NCBI GenBank assembly: GCA_030698625.1
Contig: JAUYMS010000042.1
Location: 92,150-156,149, forward strand
Direction: 5' to 3'
Length of the DNA stretch: 64,000 bases
Source of the DNA: Candidatus Omnitrophota bacterium
Lineage (GTDB): Bacteria > Omnitrophota > Omnitrophia > Omnitrophales > Aquincolibacteriaceae
Below are positions 1 through 9,664 of this stretch, in pieces; the first letter of the stretch is position 1; each line of letters starts with the position of its first letter. Both the position numbers and the translations under genes were made by a program. Below the pieces are notes generated by a model. That model saw nothing but the letters and a program-made list of their open reading frames with translations. It had not been told where the DNA came from and searched no databases.

Positions 1-3000
1 CTTGCGCGCCGAGGTCTTGAGCATTTGCGCGGCGTTCCGGTCTCCCGATTCAAGTTCGAGAGTTTTCTTTTCTCCTTCGCCGTCCCTGTAGATGGCGCCC
101 TCCGGCTTCTGCAGGTAGTACCCGCCCATTAAGCGCACCTTACTCTGTCCCACGAAATAGCGCTTATCCGGTGTATCGTATTTCATTCTTAATTCGGAAC
201 GCGCTTGACGACTCGCGCCGTAGGCTTGCGGGTGCACGTCGGCAAAATCGGGGTATAGGTCGGTGCTTCGAGATACCAGAGTATGGTACCTCTCCATGGC
301 AAAAGCAAAATTACCCTCGCCGGAGCGCAGCAGATCGCCCGCACGAAATGGCGGCTCCCCCTCACTTTCGAGAAACTCTGCCGCATCCAGTATCAGCTCC
401 TCGAGCTCAAGCGTAAGCATTTCTACCTCAAGGTGAAATGCTTCACGCTCTCCTACGGGAAAATAAATGCCGGGAACCGGCGTGCGGTTGTACACCGCAA
501 CGACTCGATCTCTAAAATCGGCGTTTCGCTCGGAAAAATTCTCAACCTGCTGATGGGCACGGACGTTCAAGGCCGCGGTCGCATCGCCCGGCCGCGAAAC
601 AAGGCGGCTGTCGTAAAGGGCCATGATCTCTTCCCGCACGCGCTTGCGCTCCTTGTTCAGCTCGGCCATTCTGCGCCCCACGCGTCTTTGGAGGATGGTA
701 CCGGTCAAATACCACAAACCGGATAAACCGAGTCCTACAGCACTCATAACCACATCGATCCAAACCGGCCAGGCGATCATCTGCAAGGCCCTTCCCAATA
801 AGAAAATAGCGGGAAGCGATACCGCCGCAAGGAGGTGCCAAATACTCGGTTCCTCAAGACGCCGCACGCCAAATGAGGCCAACGTATAATGCTCGCGGGC
901 TTTGGCCATTTCCGCGGTCAGCCTTTGCGCCTTTTCGCGCAATGCACGGGCCGTCCCTTTCGCAGCGGCCTCGTCTACTCTAAGCTCCGAACGCTTCTTC
1001 TGATAAAAACGAAAGTCCATCTCGTGATAGGCGCGTGCCTCTGCGAGGAGTTCACGCACGAGAGCTTCCTGCTTTTGGCTCCAGCTAACGTTGCGATAAC
1101 TCTGAGCAGATCGATCAAGCGATGTCTCTCTGGCCGTCAAGGTCTGCAACATATCCGTCAGGGTCTTATAAGCAAATGCGGAGAATCGCCCGTAGCCCTG
1201 CCGCCGCCGTTGGTCTTCGTTGCGCAAGCGGTCAATGGCGGCCTGACGCAAAGCCGAAAAATTCAATCGGCTCAGCTCACGTATATACCGATTGGTTTGG
1301 CCGGCAACTTGATCAACGAAGGCATCCCTATCAAAATCGGGTTCGTTTCTGCGCCGGCGCTCCTCCACTTTTTCCAGCCGGCCGCCGACCACTTCCCTGG
1401 TCTTATCCTTTTCAAAATCAAAACGATCTCCGTAACCGGCCCGTAATTCTGACCGTGCGGGGAGGACTTCACTGACTCCGTCATCAATCTCTTGCTCGAT
1501 CCGCTGCAGATCATAACCGACAGCGCTCGCCGCATTGGCCCTTTTAAACATTTGTACAATGCCCCGGATGATGGAGACGCGCATAGTGCCGTAGACCACA
1601 TCATGGGCCGCTTCGATATTCTCGGGGATGATCCCCATGTGCGTCGGCTCCGGGGCCACAAGGGTTCCCATGTCCACGAGTTTCAGTTCCCCGGAAGGTG
1701 TGATACGAAAACTATCCGGCTTGAAATGCTTCACCCGCCGGCCGAATATACCCACCGTCAACTTCTGTCGGCCGAGTTCCAGCACAAACTCCGCGAATCG
1801 GCGCGAAAAGTTTTTCGCATCGAAGTCTGCCGGTTTCGCCAAAGCCTCTGAGACCGGCTGGCCGTCCACGTATTCCATGAGCATTGCCGCTGCCCGAACA
1901 CGTTCATTTCCAAACATTGCATTAAAACGGTAAAGCCGCTCGATCTTGGGCACATACCCCGTAGACTCCATGGCAGCTCCTAAGACCTGATCTTTTTCCA
2001 GTAAGTGCACAATATTTTCAGTCAAAATACGGTTGATCTCTTCCGCTTCACGGAAGCCGTAGCCGGTCCGAACCTTGTACCCGATGGGGACTTTCAAAGC
2101 CTTTTCCCCGCCCGCGGCATCTTTCACCAGATAGACCTCACCTCGCTCGCTTTCTCCCAACACACGCACAAACTCAAGCTCGGCATCAATCGCCTTAACA
2201 ATGGCTCCGGCATCAGCCGCTTCGATCGGCCATGCATAGTTAGACGCCACTTCACCGGCCCGTAGTTCGGAGCGGTGAGGAGCGTCAACGCTTGGCACGG
2301 GCACGGTCATGCGTTCGCGCGCACTTGTTTCGCCTAGTGCTTCCGGATACAAGACAACGTCGACAACGGTTTCGCCGGTCGCGGTTTGCCGCGGACGCAC
2401 GCGGTAGATCGGATCTCCGGCAGCGGTACTCGCATGGGCGCTCGCATTGAGCTGCGCAGCAAGACCCGGGCGGTCAGGCAGTAGGGGCGCGATCACTGAG
2501 AGAATCGTTCCGACTTCGGCCCCATAGAGCCAGCGAAGGTTGTCGAACAATTGCTTGCGCTGCGCCAGGCCGTGCGCCAAGGAAGCGGTTTCCATCGTGG
2601 ATCTTGTGAAGATATTAGACGCGTCCTGCAGAACGGCAGCGACATAGGCTTTCTGGCCGTCTTCGGCTTCGCCGAGCCCGATTTTCGGAGAAACCACTGC
2701 ATAGCTATAACCGCTGTCTTCGAAAAATTCACGGAAAGGCTCCTGGTGGAAACCTCCGGTGATGACGACCGCCTTTTCGAGTTCGAGTTCTTGCATGCGC
2801 CGGGCAATGTTCTCAGTCATCTCGGCATCACGCTTTTTCACCAGGCGATAAAACTCCATCGCTTTTTTGAAAAGCGCGTCGAGCCTGTCGAGGCTGTCAA
2901 AACGTGCTTCGCGAACACGCTTATCCGCGTTCAGCGAAAGAAAACGAGCGGCAACGGCTGAAGGCCGGATCGCGCTCCCCTCGCCGCCGTTCAGCATGAT

Positions 3001-4194
3001 CGCATCATATTCTGCCGGGGTAAGCTCCAGGCGAAACAGCTTCTGCAGCAACCTGTAATCTGTGAGCAGCCGGACTAAGGACTTTTCTTCAGGCGAGACG
3101 GCAAGGGTGTCGGATAGCCGGCCGATGAGCCGCTCGGTCTCTGCCATCAACCGGTCTGCCTTGAGTTCGCTTTGGAGCAGGAGATGCCCCACAAAGAATT
3201 TCACATTCGGATAGGCCTCATAATTAAAGTTGGGCGGAAGAAGCGCGACCAAACTCTCGATGAGATTGCCCGTCTGGGGCTCGGGCAAATGGTGCTGGGT
3301 CAACCCCATGCTCAGAAGGCTCTCGACTTCGTCAACAACAGGACGGCGGTCGGCACGAATCACAAGCCTCCTGACATCCGCCAAAAAGCGGTCCCGTTCT
3401 ACGGGGAACTCTGTCATGTCGATCTTGGATTCGAATTCCCGCAATTTAAAGATCCTCAAAAGCTGGGGCCAGTCGATCTGCAGTGCCGGGTCCGTTAAGT
3501 CTAGGCGAAGCTGCTCTTTCGCCTGCGCTCTCAGAAGCTCCAGCCAGTCGGGAAGGGACAGAAATCCCTCATCATGAGCTGCCAGCTGTTTGAGAAACTG
3601 GCGAAGTTGTACATTTAAAAAATGTCCCGACAGATACCGGATCTGACTGTCCATGCCCTGCACGAACTCCGAACTTTCCTCCCTTGCTTTAAGTACGGTT
3701 CGAAAGGCGTCACGGTTGGCAAGATAAGTCGAAAGGGTTTCAATGCCGTAACCTTCCGCTTGGGGTTCGTCGATAAGAAAGAGTTCCGGCGCCTTTATAA
3801 GCGCCTGTTTGGCTAAATGATCCGCAATAGACTTTGTCAGGGCCGAATCGTCGGGGAAGATTCTCAAGATCTCGGGCTCAAGCTTGAAGGCCGTTCCCTC
3901 CACAAAAACAGTATTGATGTCATAGGCCGTTTTGAGATGATGAAGAATCGTTTGGATATTCTTCTGCGCTTCGTAGTTACCGTGAGCCGTTTGAACGTGA
4001 ATCAGTGTGGGGCCGTTGCCGAGATGGAACCTGTCGACTGTTCCGAGCTCCGCGGGGATTTCGAGTTGAAAGTTCGGGGAAACACGGACTTCGGCTTGCG
4101 CGTAAACCATAGCGGCGGCATAACTTTGCGGCGCTGCAACAAAGTTACTAGCGAAGAAAATAATTGCCGTCAGCCATGTTGTGATTTTTAACAT
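1..4194 (-). CDS. Giant RSELR-delimited multidomain protein, N-terminal part (>=1398 aa, runs off left edge): signal-like N-terminus, TIKI/ChaN/EreA-like domain, kinase-like module, two-TM module
   Basis: Manual translation shows no stop from ATG 4194 to base 1. AGAGGGG lies upstream. It begins MLKITTWLTAIIFFASNFVAAPQSYA. Motifs: IHVQTAH, VFVEG, KRDAEM, VVITGGFH. RSELR occurs at 2260-2274, 1441-1455, 979-993 and 187-201. Confidence 0.9.
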   Translation of the reverse strand, partial: MLKITTWLTAIIFFASNFVAAPQSYAAAMVYAQAEVRVSPNFQLEIPAELGTVDRFHLGNGPTLIHVQTAHGNYEAQKNIQTILHHLKTAYDINTVFVEGTAFKLEPEILRIFPDDSALTKSIADHLAKQALIKAPELFLIDEPQAEGYGIETLSTYLANRDAFRTVLKAREESSEFVQGMDSQIRYLSGHFLNVQLRQFLKQLAAHDEGFLSLPDWLELLRAQAKEQLRLDLTDPALQIDWPQLLRIFKLREFESKIDMTEFPVERDRFLADVRRLVIRADRRPVVDEVESLLSMGLTQHHLPEPQTGNLIESLVALLPPNFNYEAYPNVKFFVGHLLLQSELKADRLMAETERLIGRLSDTLAVSPEEKSLVRLLTDYRLLQKLFRLELTPAEYDAIMLNGGEGSAIRPSAVAARFLSLNADKRVREARFDSLDRLDALFKKAMEFYRLVKKRDAEMTENIARRMQELELEKAVVITGGFHQEPFREFFEDSGYSYAVVSPKIGLGEAEDGQKAYVAAVLQDASNIFTRSTMETASLAHGLAQRKQLFDNLRWLYGAEVGTILSVIAPLLPDRPGLAAQLNASAHASTAAGDPIYRVRPRQTATGETVVDVVLYPEALGETSARERMTVPVPSVDAPHRSELRAGEVASNYAWPIEAADAGAIVKAIDAELEFVRVLGESERGEVYLVKDAAGGEKALKVPIGYKVRTGYGFREAEEINRILTENIVHLLEKDQVLGAAMESTGYVPKIERLYRFNAMFGNERVRAAAMLMEYVDGQPVSEALAKPADFDAKNFSRRFAEFVLELGRQKLTVGIFGRRVKHFKPDSFRITPSGELKLVDMGTLVAPEPTHMGIIPENIEAAHDVVYGTMRVSIIRGIVQMFKRANAASAVGYDLQRIEQEIDDGVSEVLPARSELRAGYGDRFDFEKDKTREVVGGRLEKVEERRRRNEPDFDRDAFVDQVAGQTNRYIRELSRLNFSALRQAAIDRLRNEDQRRRQGYGRFSAFAYKTLTDMLQTLTARETSLDRSAQSYRNVSWSQKQEALVRELLAEARAYHEMDFRFYQKKRSELRVDEAAAKGTARALREKAQRLTAEMAKAREHYTLASFGVRRLEEPSIWHLLAAVSLPAIFLLGRALQMIAWPVWIDVVMSAVGLGLSGLWYLTGTILQRRVGRRMAELNKERKRVREEIMALYDSRLVSRPGDATAALNVRAHQQVENFSERNADFRDRVVAVYNRTPVPGIYFPVGEREAFHLEVEMLTLELEELILDAAEFLESEGEPPFRAGDLLRSGEGNFAFAMERYHTLVSRSTDLYPDFADVHPQAYGASRQARSELRMKYDTPDKRYFVGQSKVRLMGGYYLQKPEGAIYRDGEGEKKTLELESGDRNAAQMLKTSARK

Positions 4195-4365
4195 CGTAGA
4201 AAATTCCCCTCTGTTCCGCCTGAACGGAACCCTGTGAAATTTGCCTAAATGGACGTAAATAAAGGAGTTGGTAAAGACTACCCGGTCGATCGGGCAGCTT
4301 CAAATCGGGGGAGTTTTTGATCTAGCATGGGCTAGCATTCAAAAACAATGAAGAGAGATGGCTGT

Positions 4366-4524
4366 CTACTTGTCCGCGTATAAATTGAGCATAAAGTCAC
4401 GGAACCACAGAGGCCGGCAAAAGAGGATATAGGCGGCAAAAATAGTGGCCATTGGAATGACAAAAAATACGATATCAAGAAGGAGAATTACCGCCGCGAT
4501 GAAGATTTTGTCCGTCGTCGTCAT
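4366..4524 (-). CDS. Small membrane protein (52 aa)
   Basis: MTTTDKIFIAAVILLLDIVFFVIPMATIFAAYILFCRPLWFRDFMLNLYADK; ATGA overlap with the upstream stop; hydrophobic core. Confidence 0.7.
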   Translation of the reverse strand: MTTTDKIFIAAVILLLDIVFFVIPMATIFAAYILFCRPLWFRDFMLNLYADK

Positions 4525-5228
4525 GGGATCACCTTATCCAGAAAGTTTTCAAGCAGTCGTTTACCTGTTTTAGTGTAGATCTCTGAGAATGCGTCGAAAT
4601 CCGCCAGGAGCTTTTGTTTGTCTAGGACGCGGAGGTCCTTGTCCGTACTCGCCCACACTTCTAGCATTTCACGCGTCAGTTCAAAATGACATTGAATTCC
4701 ATAGGCATTCGTACCCACTCGGACCACTTGGTCACGACAATGCCTGCCGCCGGCCAACAGTGTCATGCTTTCGGTCAACCGCACCGTTTCACCGTGCAGC
4801 TGAAACACCTCAAAACCGTCAGAGAGGCCGTCAAATAAAGGGTCCGCTTTCCCCTCGCCGGTCAAGTCAACTTTAAAACGTTTGCCGTCAGGCTCGCGAA
4901 ATCCGACTTCTTTGAGCGGGCTCTTGACCACTCCGCCTCCTGCCGCTTTCACCAGGACCTGCAGTCCTAAGCAAATGCCCAGATAAGGAATTTCTTGATC
5001 AATGCACTCACGAGTCCGCATTAACTCGGTTGCCATCTTTTCCGTTCGATCATTAGCACTGTCGGGACCGCCCAGAACCACAAGACCTCGATAATTTGCA
5101 GGCGCCGGAAATTTCTCACCTCGCGCGAGGTCGACGACCTCGTGGGTCATAACGCGGTCTCTGAGAATTCCTTCTAATAAACCGGGCCCCTCGTGAGTGA
5201 CATTTTTGATCACAAGAAGCGGCTTCAC
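4521..5228 (-). CDS. Class I glutamine amidotransferase (GMP synthase GATase-like)
   Basis: HEGPG, LGGP, GICLG nucleophile, IQCHFE (H-x-E); GTG start overlaps the RND stop. Confidence 0.88.
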   Translation of the reverse strand: MKPLLVIKNVTHEGPGLLEGILRDRVMTHEVVDLARGEKFPAPANYRGLVVLGGPDSANDRTEKMATELMRTRECIDQEIPYLGICLGLQVLVKAAGGGVVKSPLKEVGFREPDGKRFKVDLTGEGKADPLFDGLSDGFEVFQLHGETVRLTESMTLLAGGRHCRDQVVRVGTNAYGIQCHFELTREMLEVWASTDKDLRVLDKQKLLADFDAFSEIYTKTGKRLLENFLDKVIP

Positions 5229-8200
5229 TGCTGCGATGAACCGCCCTCTGACACCTTGACCCAACCGAGACGCACACGCAACCGCCCCAGTTGGTCGGTA
5301 ACGTCATCGGCGATGGAATACAGACAGGGCACCAACAGGAGTGTTAAAACCGTGGCAAACGCAATGCCATAACTGATGGCGAGCGCCATCGGTTTGATAA
5401 AGGGGTCACTGCCCCCGATCCCATACGCGACCGGCATCAAACCGAAAACGGTAGTCACGCTCGTAAGGATGACGGGACGCAAGCGTAGTTTTCCGGCCTC
5501 AATGATGGACTCCATGCGCCCCAACCCCTGTTCCTTGCGTTGGGCGTGGATGAAATCGACCAATACGATGGAGTCATTGACGACGACCCCGCTCAAACCG
5601 ATCGTGCCGAGAAGGGCCATAAAGCTTAAAGGCTGGCCGTGCAGAAAAAACGTGACAATAACCCCTACGATGCCAAAGGGAATGGCCGACATGACGATCA
5701 GCGGCCGCACGATGGAATTAAAATTGGCTGCCAGGATAATGAAGATAAAGAAAAGCGATAGAAAGAGCGCGCGGATAAAATCGTGGAGCGATTCCTTAGT
5801 CTCTTCCTGCTCTCCGCCGAAACTCATAGTAATGCTCGGATAACGTTTTTGTATTTCCGTTTTATAGTAGGCCCTCACCTTCCCCTCCACCTCGATCGGC
5901 GTAATCTGTTTCTCATCGAGATCCGCGGTCACATTGACCATGCGTTTACGGTCAAAGTGCTTGATGGCGTTGACGCCGACAGCCTCTTCAAGCGTCGCAA
6001 TCTTCATCAGGGGCACTAAGTTCCCCAGCCGATTCGGCACCAGGGCCCGGTCAAAAACCTCTTTCGAAGTCGTTTCATTGTCGGGGTATTTAACGATGAC
6101 TTCGATTTCCTCGTCCGTCTTGCGAATCTTCGTCGCCTCACCCCCTTCGATTCCGCGCCGGACAGCATTAGCCACGTCGCGCACCGTCAAATAGGCCTTG
6201 GTCGCCTTCTCTTCGTCGACAATAACCCGCAGCTCCGTTTTCCCGATATCGTAGTCGTCCCGAACATCCTTGAGGCCGGGGATCCCCGAAAGAAACCGTT
6301 TAAAGACTGAAGCGGCTTCATCTAAAAGGTCTAAGTCGTCCCCTCGGAGTCGTATGGCAACCGGCTTACCTACAGGCGGTCCCGCGCGCACCTTTTCGAA
6401 CGTAACCTCATCAAAGATATCTTCAAAGGCCTTCGACTTTTCACGCAGTTCGGCAATGATGTCGTCGGCCTTGCGCCTTCCTCGGGCCCTGCTTTCAGGA
6501 GTCAAGAACACATGCACCTGCCCGAGGTGAGATCCCCGGTCGGTATACGGATCGTCCGGGCCTTCCCGCATCATGCCGACTTGGGTTACGAAATTTTCGA
6601 GCTCCGTATCCGGCATTTTCTTGATGAGGTCTCCAAAATTCGCAAGCCTTTTATCCATTTCTTCCAGAGACGTTCCTATGGGGGCTTTCGCCCGAATAAA
6701 AAATTCCTCGATCATACCCTGTGGGAACAGAATAAACCGCATGCCCGCAAAAAACAGGAGCAAAGAACCGACAAACACACACACAAAGGCCATCACCGCC
6801 TTATAGCGGTGGCTGATCACCCATTTCAACATCGCCAGATAACGCTCACGCATCTTAATAAACCAAGGGCTCTCGGACTTTCCTTTCCCCCGCATACTCC
6901 CGCCAAAATCAGTCAAATGACTCGGGAGGATAACGAAACATTCAAACAGAGACGCCGACAGCGTGATGATCACGATCACGGGAATAACGGCAATGTACTT
7001 CCCGATAATGCCGCTCATGAATAAGATGGGGATGAAAGCGGCAATGGTGGTCAACACCGTCGTTATCACCGGTTTGGCGACCTGACTAGTACCCTGAATT
7101 GTCGCCTCGCGCGCTGAGAGCCCCATCTCGCGATGGCGGTACACATTCTCGGCAATAATAATGGCGTCGTCGACGACCATCCCCAAGACCATGATCAAGG
7201 CAAACATGGTAATCAGGTTGATAGTCAATCCGAACGCATACATGCCGAAAAAAGCGGTCATGACGGCTACCGGGATTCCGAGCGCAGTCATGACGGCTGT
7301 CCGGCGGGAAAGAAAGACCAGCAGACTGAAGACAACCAGGATAATTCCGATGGCGCCGTTATTCTTCAACACGTTCAGCCTGCGCTTGACATAAAAGGAG
7401 TAATCGTCAAAGTAGCTCACCTGCAGCTTCTCATGATCCTTCTTGAAGAGTTCCGCCGTTTCTTTGATCTGCTTGACGAGCCGGATAATATCGCCATTTT
7501 CTTTTTTGACCACTGTGAGCGTGATCGCCGGCTTGCCGAAGGTCTTCTCAATGACGTCATCGTCTTCGAATGTGTCCCGGACTTCGGCCACATCAGAGAC
7601 GCGAATCCAGTTTCCCAGATCATTGGCACGAATAATCACTTTGCGGATGTCGTCGGCAGTTTTGAATTCGCCGATGGTCCTGACTAAATAATCACCCTCC
7701 TTGGCGTGGAGAGTACCGCCGGGGACGTTCAGGTTCTGGTTGCGCAGGGCCAGGACAACGTCTTCCAGCGACAATTTGTAATCGTCGACGATCTTGGGGG
7801 TGACTTCCACCCAGATTTCTCGATCACGCCACCCGAGTCTTTCGATGCGCGCCACATCCCGCAAATCCAGAAAGCGCAATTCGAGCAGCCGCGCCAGCCT
7901 TTGCAGTTCCAGTTCGTCAAAGTCTCCCGACAAAGAGACATTGATCACCGGGATGTCCTTGGTCTGCAGCGCTTCAACTTCGGAGTCCTCGGCGTCTTCG
8001 GGAAGGTCATCGACGCGGTCCACGGCACGCTGGATATCGGTGACGATCTTGGTCTTGTCCTTTTCCGCCGGATCGATCTGCAGAACAATGATCGAGATGT
8101 TCTCCGTCGAAATAGAGGTCATCTCATCAATGCCGCTGACCTCCTTAAGTTCGTCTTCAAGCTCAATGGTAACAAGCTTCTCGACCTCTTCGGGCGGAGC

Positions 8201-8365
8201 CCCAGGGTAGTCCGTTCGCACGCTGACGACATCATAACTGATATTTGGAAAGGCTTCGCGCTGCATAGCGAGAAGAGAGATCACGCCTGCGATCACGAGG
8301 AAAAGGGACAGGAGATTGACAAAGAGAGAATTGTTTACCGAAAACTCAACGATCCGTCGCATCAT
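5225..8365 (-). CDS. RND efflux transporter permease (AcrB/AcrD/AcrF family)
   Basis: 1046 aa; GMVVDDAIIIAENV, RLRPVILTS; two large periplasmic loops. Confidence 0.95.
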   Translation of the reverse strand: MMRRIVEFSVNNSLFVNLLSLFLVIAGVISLLAMQREAFPNISYDVVSVRTDYPGAPPEEVEKLVTIELEDELKEVSGIDEMTSISTENISIIVLQIDPAEKDKTKIVTDIQRAVDRVDDLPEDAEDSEVEALQTKDIPVINVSLSGDFDELELQRLARLLELRFLDLRDVARIERLGWRDREIWVEVTPKIVDDYKLSLEDVVLALRNQNLNVPGGTLHAKEGDYLVRTIGEFKTADDIRKVIIRANDLGNWIRVSDVAEVRDTFEDDDVIEKTFGKPAITLTVVKKENGDIIRLVKQIKETAELFKKDHEKLQVSYFDDYSFYVKRRLNVLKNNGAIGIILVVFSLLVFLSRRTAVMTALGIPVAVMTAFFGMYAFGLTINLITMFALIMVLGMVVDDAIIIAENVYRHREMGLSAREATIQGTSQVAKPVITTVLTTIAAFIPILFMSGIIGKYIAVIPVIVIITLSASLFECFVILPSHLTDFGGSMRGKGKSESPWFIKMRERYLAMLKWVISHRYKAVMAFVCVFVGSLLLFFAGMRFILFPQGMIEEFFIRAKAPIGTSLEEMDKRLANFGDLIKKMPDTELENFVTQVGMMREGPDDPYTDRGSHLGQVHVFLTPESRARGRRKADDIIAELREKSKAFEDIFDEVTFEKVRAGPPVGKPVAIRLRGDDLDLLDEAASVFKRFLSGIPGLKDVRDDYDIGKTELRVIVDEEKATKAYLTVRDVANAVRRGIEGGEATKIRKTDEEIEVIVKYPDNETTSKEVFDRALVPNRLGNLVPLMKIATLEEAVGVNAIKHFDRKRMVNVTADLDEKQITPIEVEGKVRAYYKTEIQKRYPSITMSFGGEQEETKESLHDFIRALFLSLFFIFIILAANFNSIVRPLIVMSAIPFGIVGVIVTFFLHGQPLSFMALLGTIGLSGVVVNDSIVLVDFIHAQRKEQGLGRMESIIEAGKLRLRPVILTSVTTVFGLMPVAYGIGGSDPFIKPMALAISYGIAFATVLTLLLVPCLYSIADDVTDQLGRLRVRLGWVKVSEGGSSQQ

Positions 8366-8910
8366 GATGCTTGAACAGCCTCCGAGGACATTCCTGCCGC
8401 GAGAGAATTCCTAAAGTGATACGCCACAATACCAAACGCGACGGTAACGTTCAAAGAGTTCTTCAAACCCGCCATCGGAATTTCGACGGCACGGTCACAA
8501 AGCTCAAGGAGTTCCTCTGAAACCCCCGTAATTTCATTACCCAAAACAAGGCACACCGGACGCCGCGGGCGAAACTCATGATAAGGAATACTTTCGGCCA
8601 GCTGCTCAAGCAAAACGATTTCTGCCCCTTGCTCCTTTTCAAGACGCAACGCATCCATCGCATAGCGCTGATATTTCCACGCAACGGTGTTCTCCGCGCC
8701 GAGGGCCGTCTTCGAAATTTGAGTATCGGGCGGACACCCCGTAATCCCGCACAGCCAGATTTTAGCGATACCGATGCCGTCGGCTGTGCGAAAAATCGAG
8801 CCGACATTATAGAGACTTCGAATGTCGTTGAGCACAATCGAGAACGGTAGGGGGAAACGCTTCTGATCCGCCTGTCTTTGTAAAAGTTCGATATGGGACA
8901 ACTTGCGCAC
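8362..8910 (-). CDS. TrmH/SpoU family RNA methyltransferase
   Basis: NVGSIFRTAD, LVLGNE..GV, IPM.G..SLNV. Confidence 0.92.
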   Translation of the reverse strand: MRKLSHIELLQRQADQKRFPLPFSIVLNDIRSLYNVGSIFRTADGIGIAKIWLCGITGCPPDTQISKTALGAENTVAWKYQRYAMDALRLEKEQGAEIVLLEQLAESIPYHEFRPRRPVCLVLGNEITGVSEELLELCDRAVEIPMAGLKNSLNVTVAFGIVAYHFRNSLAAGMSSEAVQAS

Positions 8911-9070
8911 CGGACTTCACGCCTCCTGTCGGTAATGAAGTGAATGGTAAGCTTATAAACCAATGCCGACGGATTCAACCTTTATCTTAGGGAGGCGGTA
9001 CAGAGCCCTACTCGGAGGCCGTAAATAGAATGAGAACCATACATTAAGATGTATCAGATGGTATTCTTTA

Positions 9071-9079
9071 TGCTATAAT
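9071..9079 (+). promoter_or_regulatory. Extended -10 promoter (TGcTATAAT) for the CBS-OFOR operon
   Basis: Perfect TGnTATAAT about 108 nt upstream of ATG 9188 in a divergent intergenic region. Confidence 0.6.
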
Positions 9080-9187
9080 CGAGCCAAATATAAAAGACAG
9101 TCTTCAGCTGGGGTGAGGACACTCCAACATCGCCCACTGTAACAAGTTAGACTACACCGTCTTCGACATCTGAGCGGGAGAAATGCT

Positions 9188-9664
9188 ATGACTACCAAAT
9201 CGGTTGATGCCCTACTCAAAGAGAAGAAGATTTTTCAGGTTGTCAATCCAAAGCTTGTCCAGGCCCGCCCCGAAATGCCTGTTCAGTCGGTTATTCAAAT
9301 CATGCAAGAAAAGCAGTCAGGCTATGCCGTCATCGCCGAGAGCAACAGAGTAGTCGGCATCTTTACCGAACGTGACGTCGTCATGAAAGTCTTAAATAAG
9401 GACGTAGACTTAAACTCGCCCGTAAGCGAGTTTATGACGCCCGATCCTTTCGTGCTCACGCCGCAAGATTCTGTAGGCGCGGCGATGGATCTCATGGGCG
9501 ACAAACGCTTTTACCATGTGCCTCTCGTCAATGACAATGGAGAGTTGGTAGGAATCCTTTCCGTAAGAACTTTGATTCGATTTCTCGCGGCTTTTTATCC
9601 GACAGAAGTCTATAACTTGCCTCCGGTCCCCGGCCAAATCATGGAGACTCCAGAAGGTGGATAA
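9188..9664 (+). CDS. CBS domain-pair protein
   Basis: VVGIFTERDVV, FMTPDP, HVPLVND.GELVGILS. Confidence 0.9.
   Translation: MTTKSVDALLKEKKIFQVVNPKLVQARPEMPVQSVIQIMQEKQSGYAVIAESNRVVGIFTERDVVMKVLNKDVDLNSPVSEFMTPDPFVLTPQDSVGAAMDLMGDKRFYHVPLVNDNGELVGILSVRTLIRFLAAFYPTEVYNLPPVPGQIMETPEGG

Noticed and set aside
171-4191. Many short plus-strand ORFs in the track
   Set aside because: Antisense or alternate-frame shadows of the uninterrupted minus-strand giant gene
9104-9142. Small hairpin in the CBS/kor leader as a riboswitch
   Set aside because: Weak stem with no recognisable aptamer consensus
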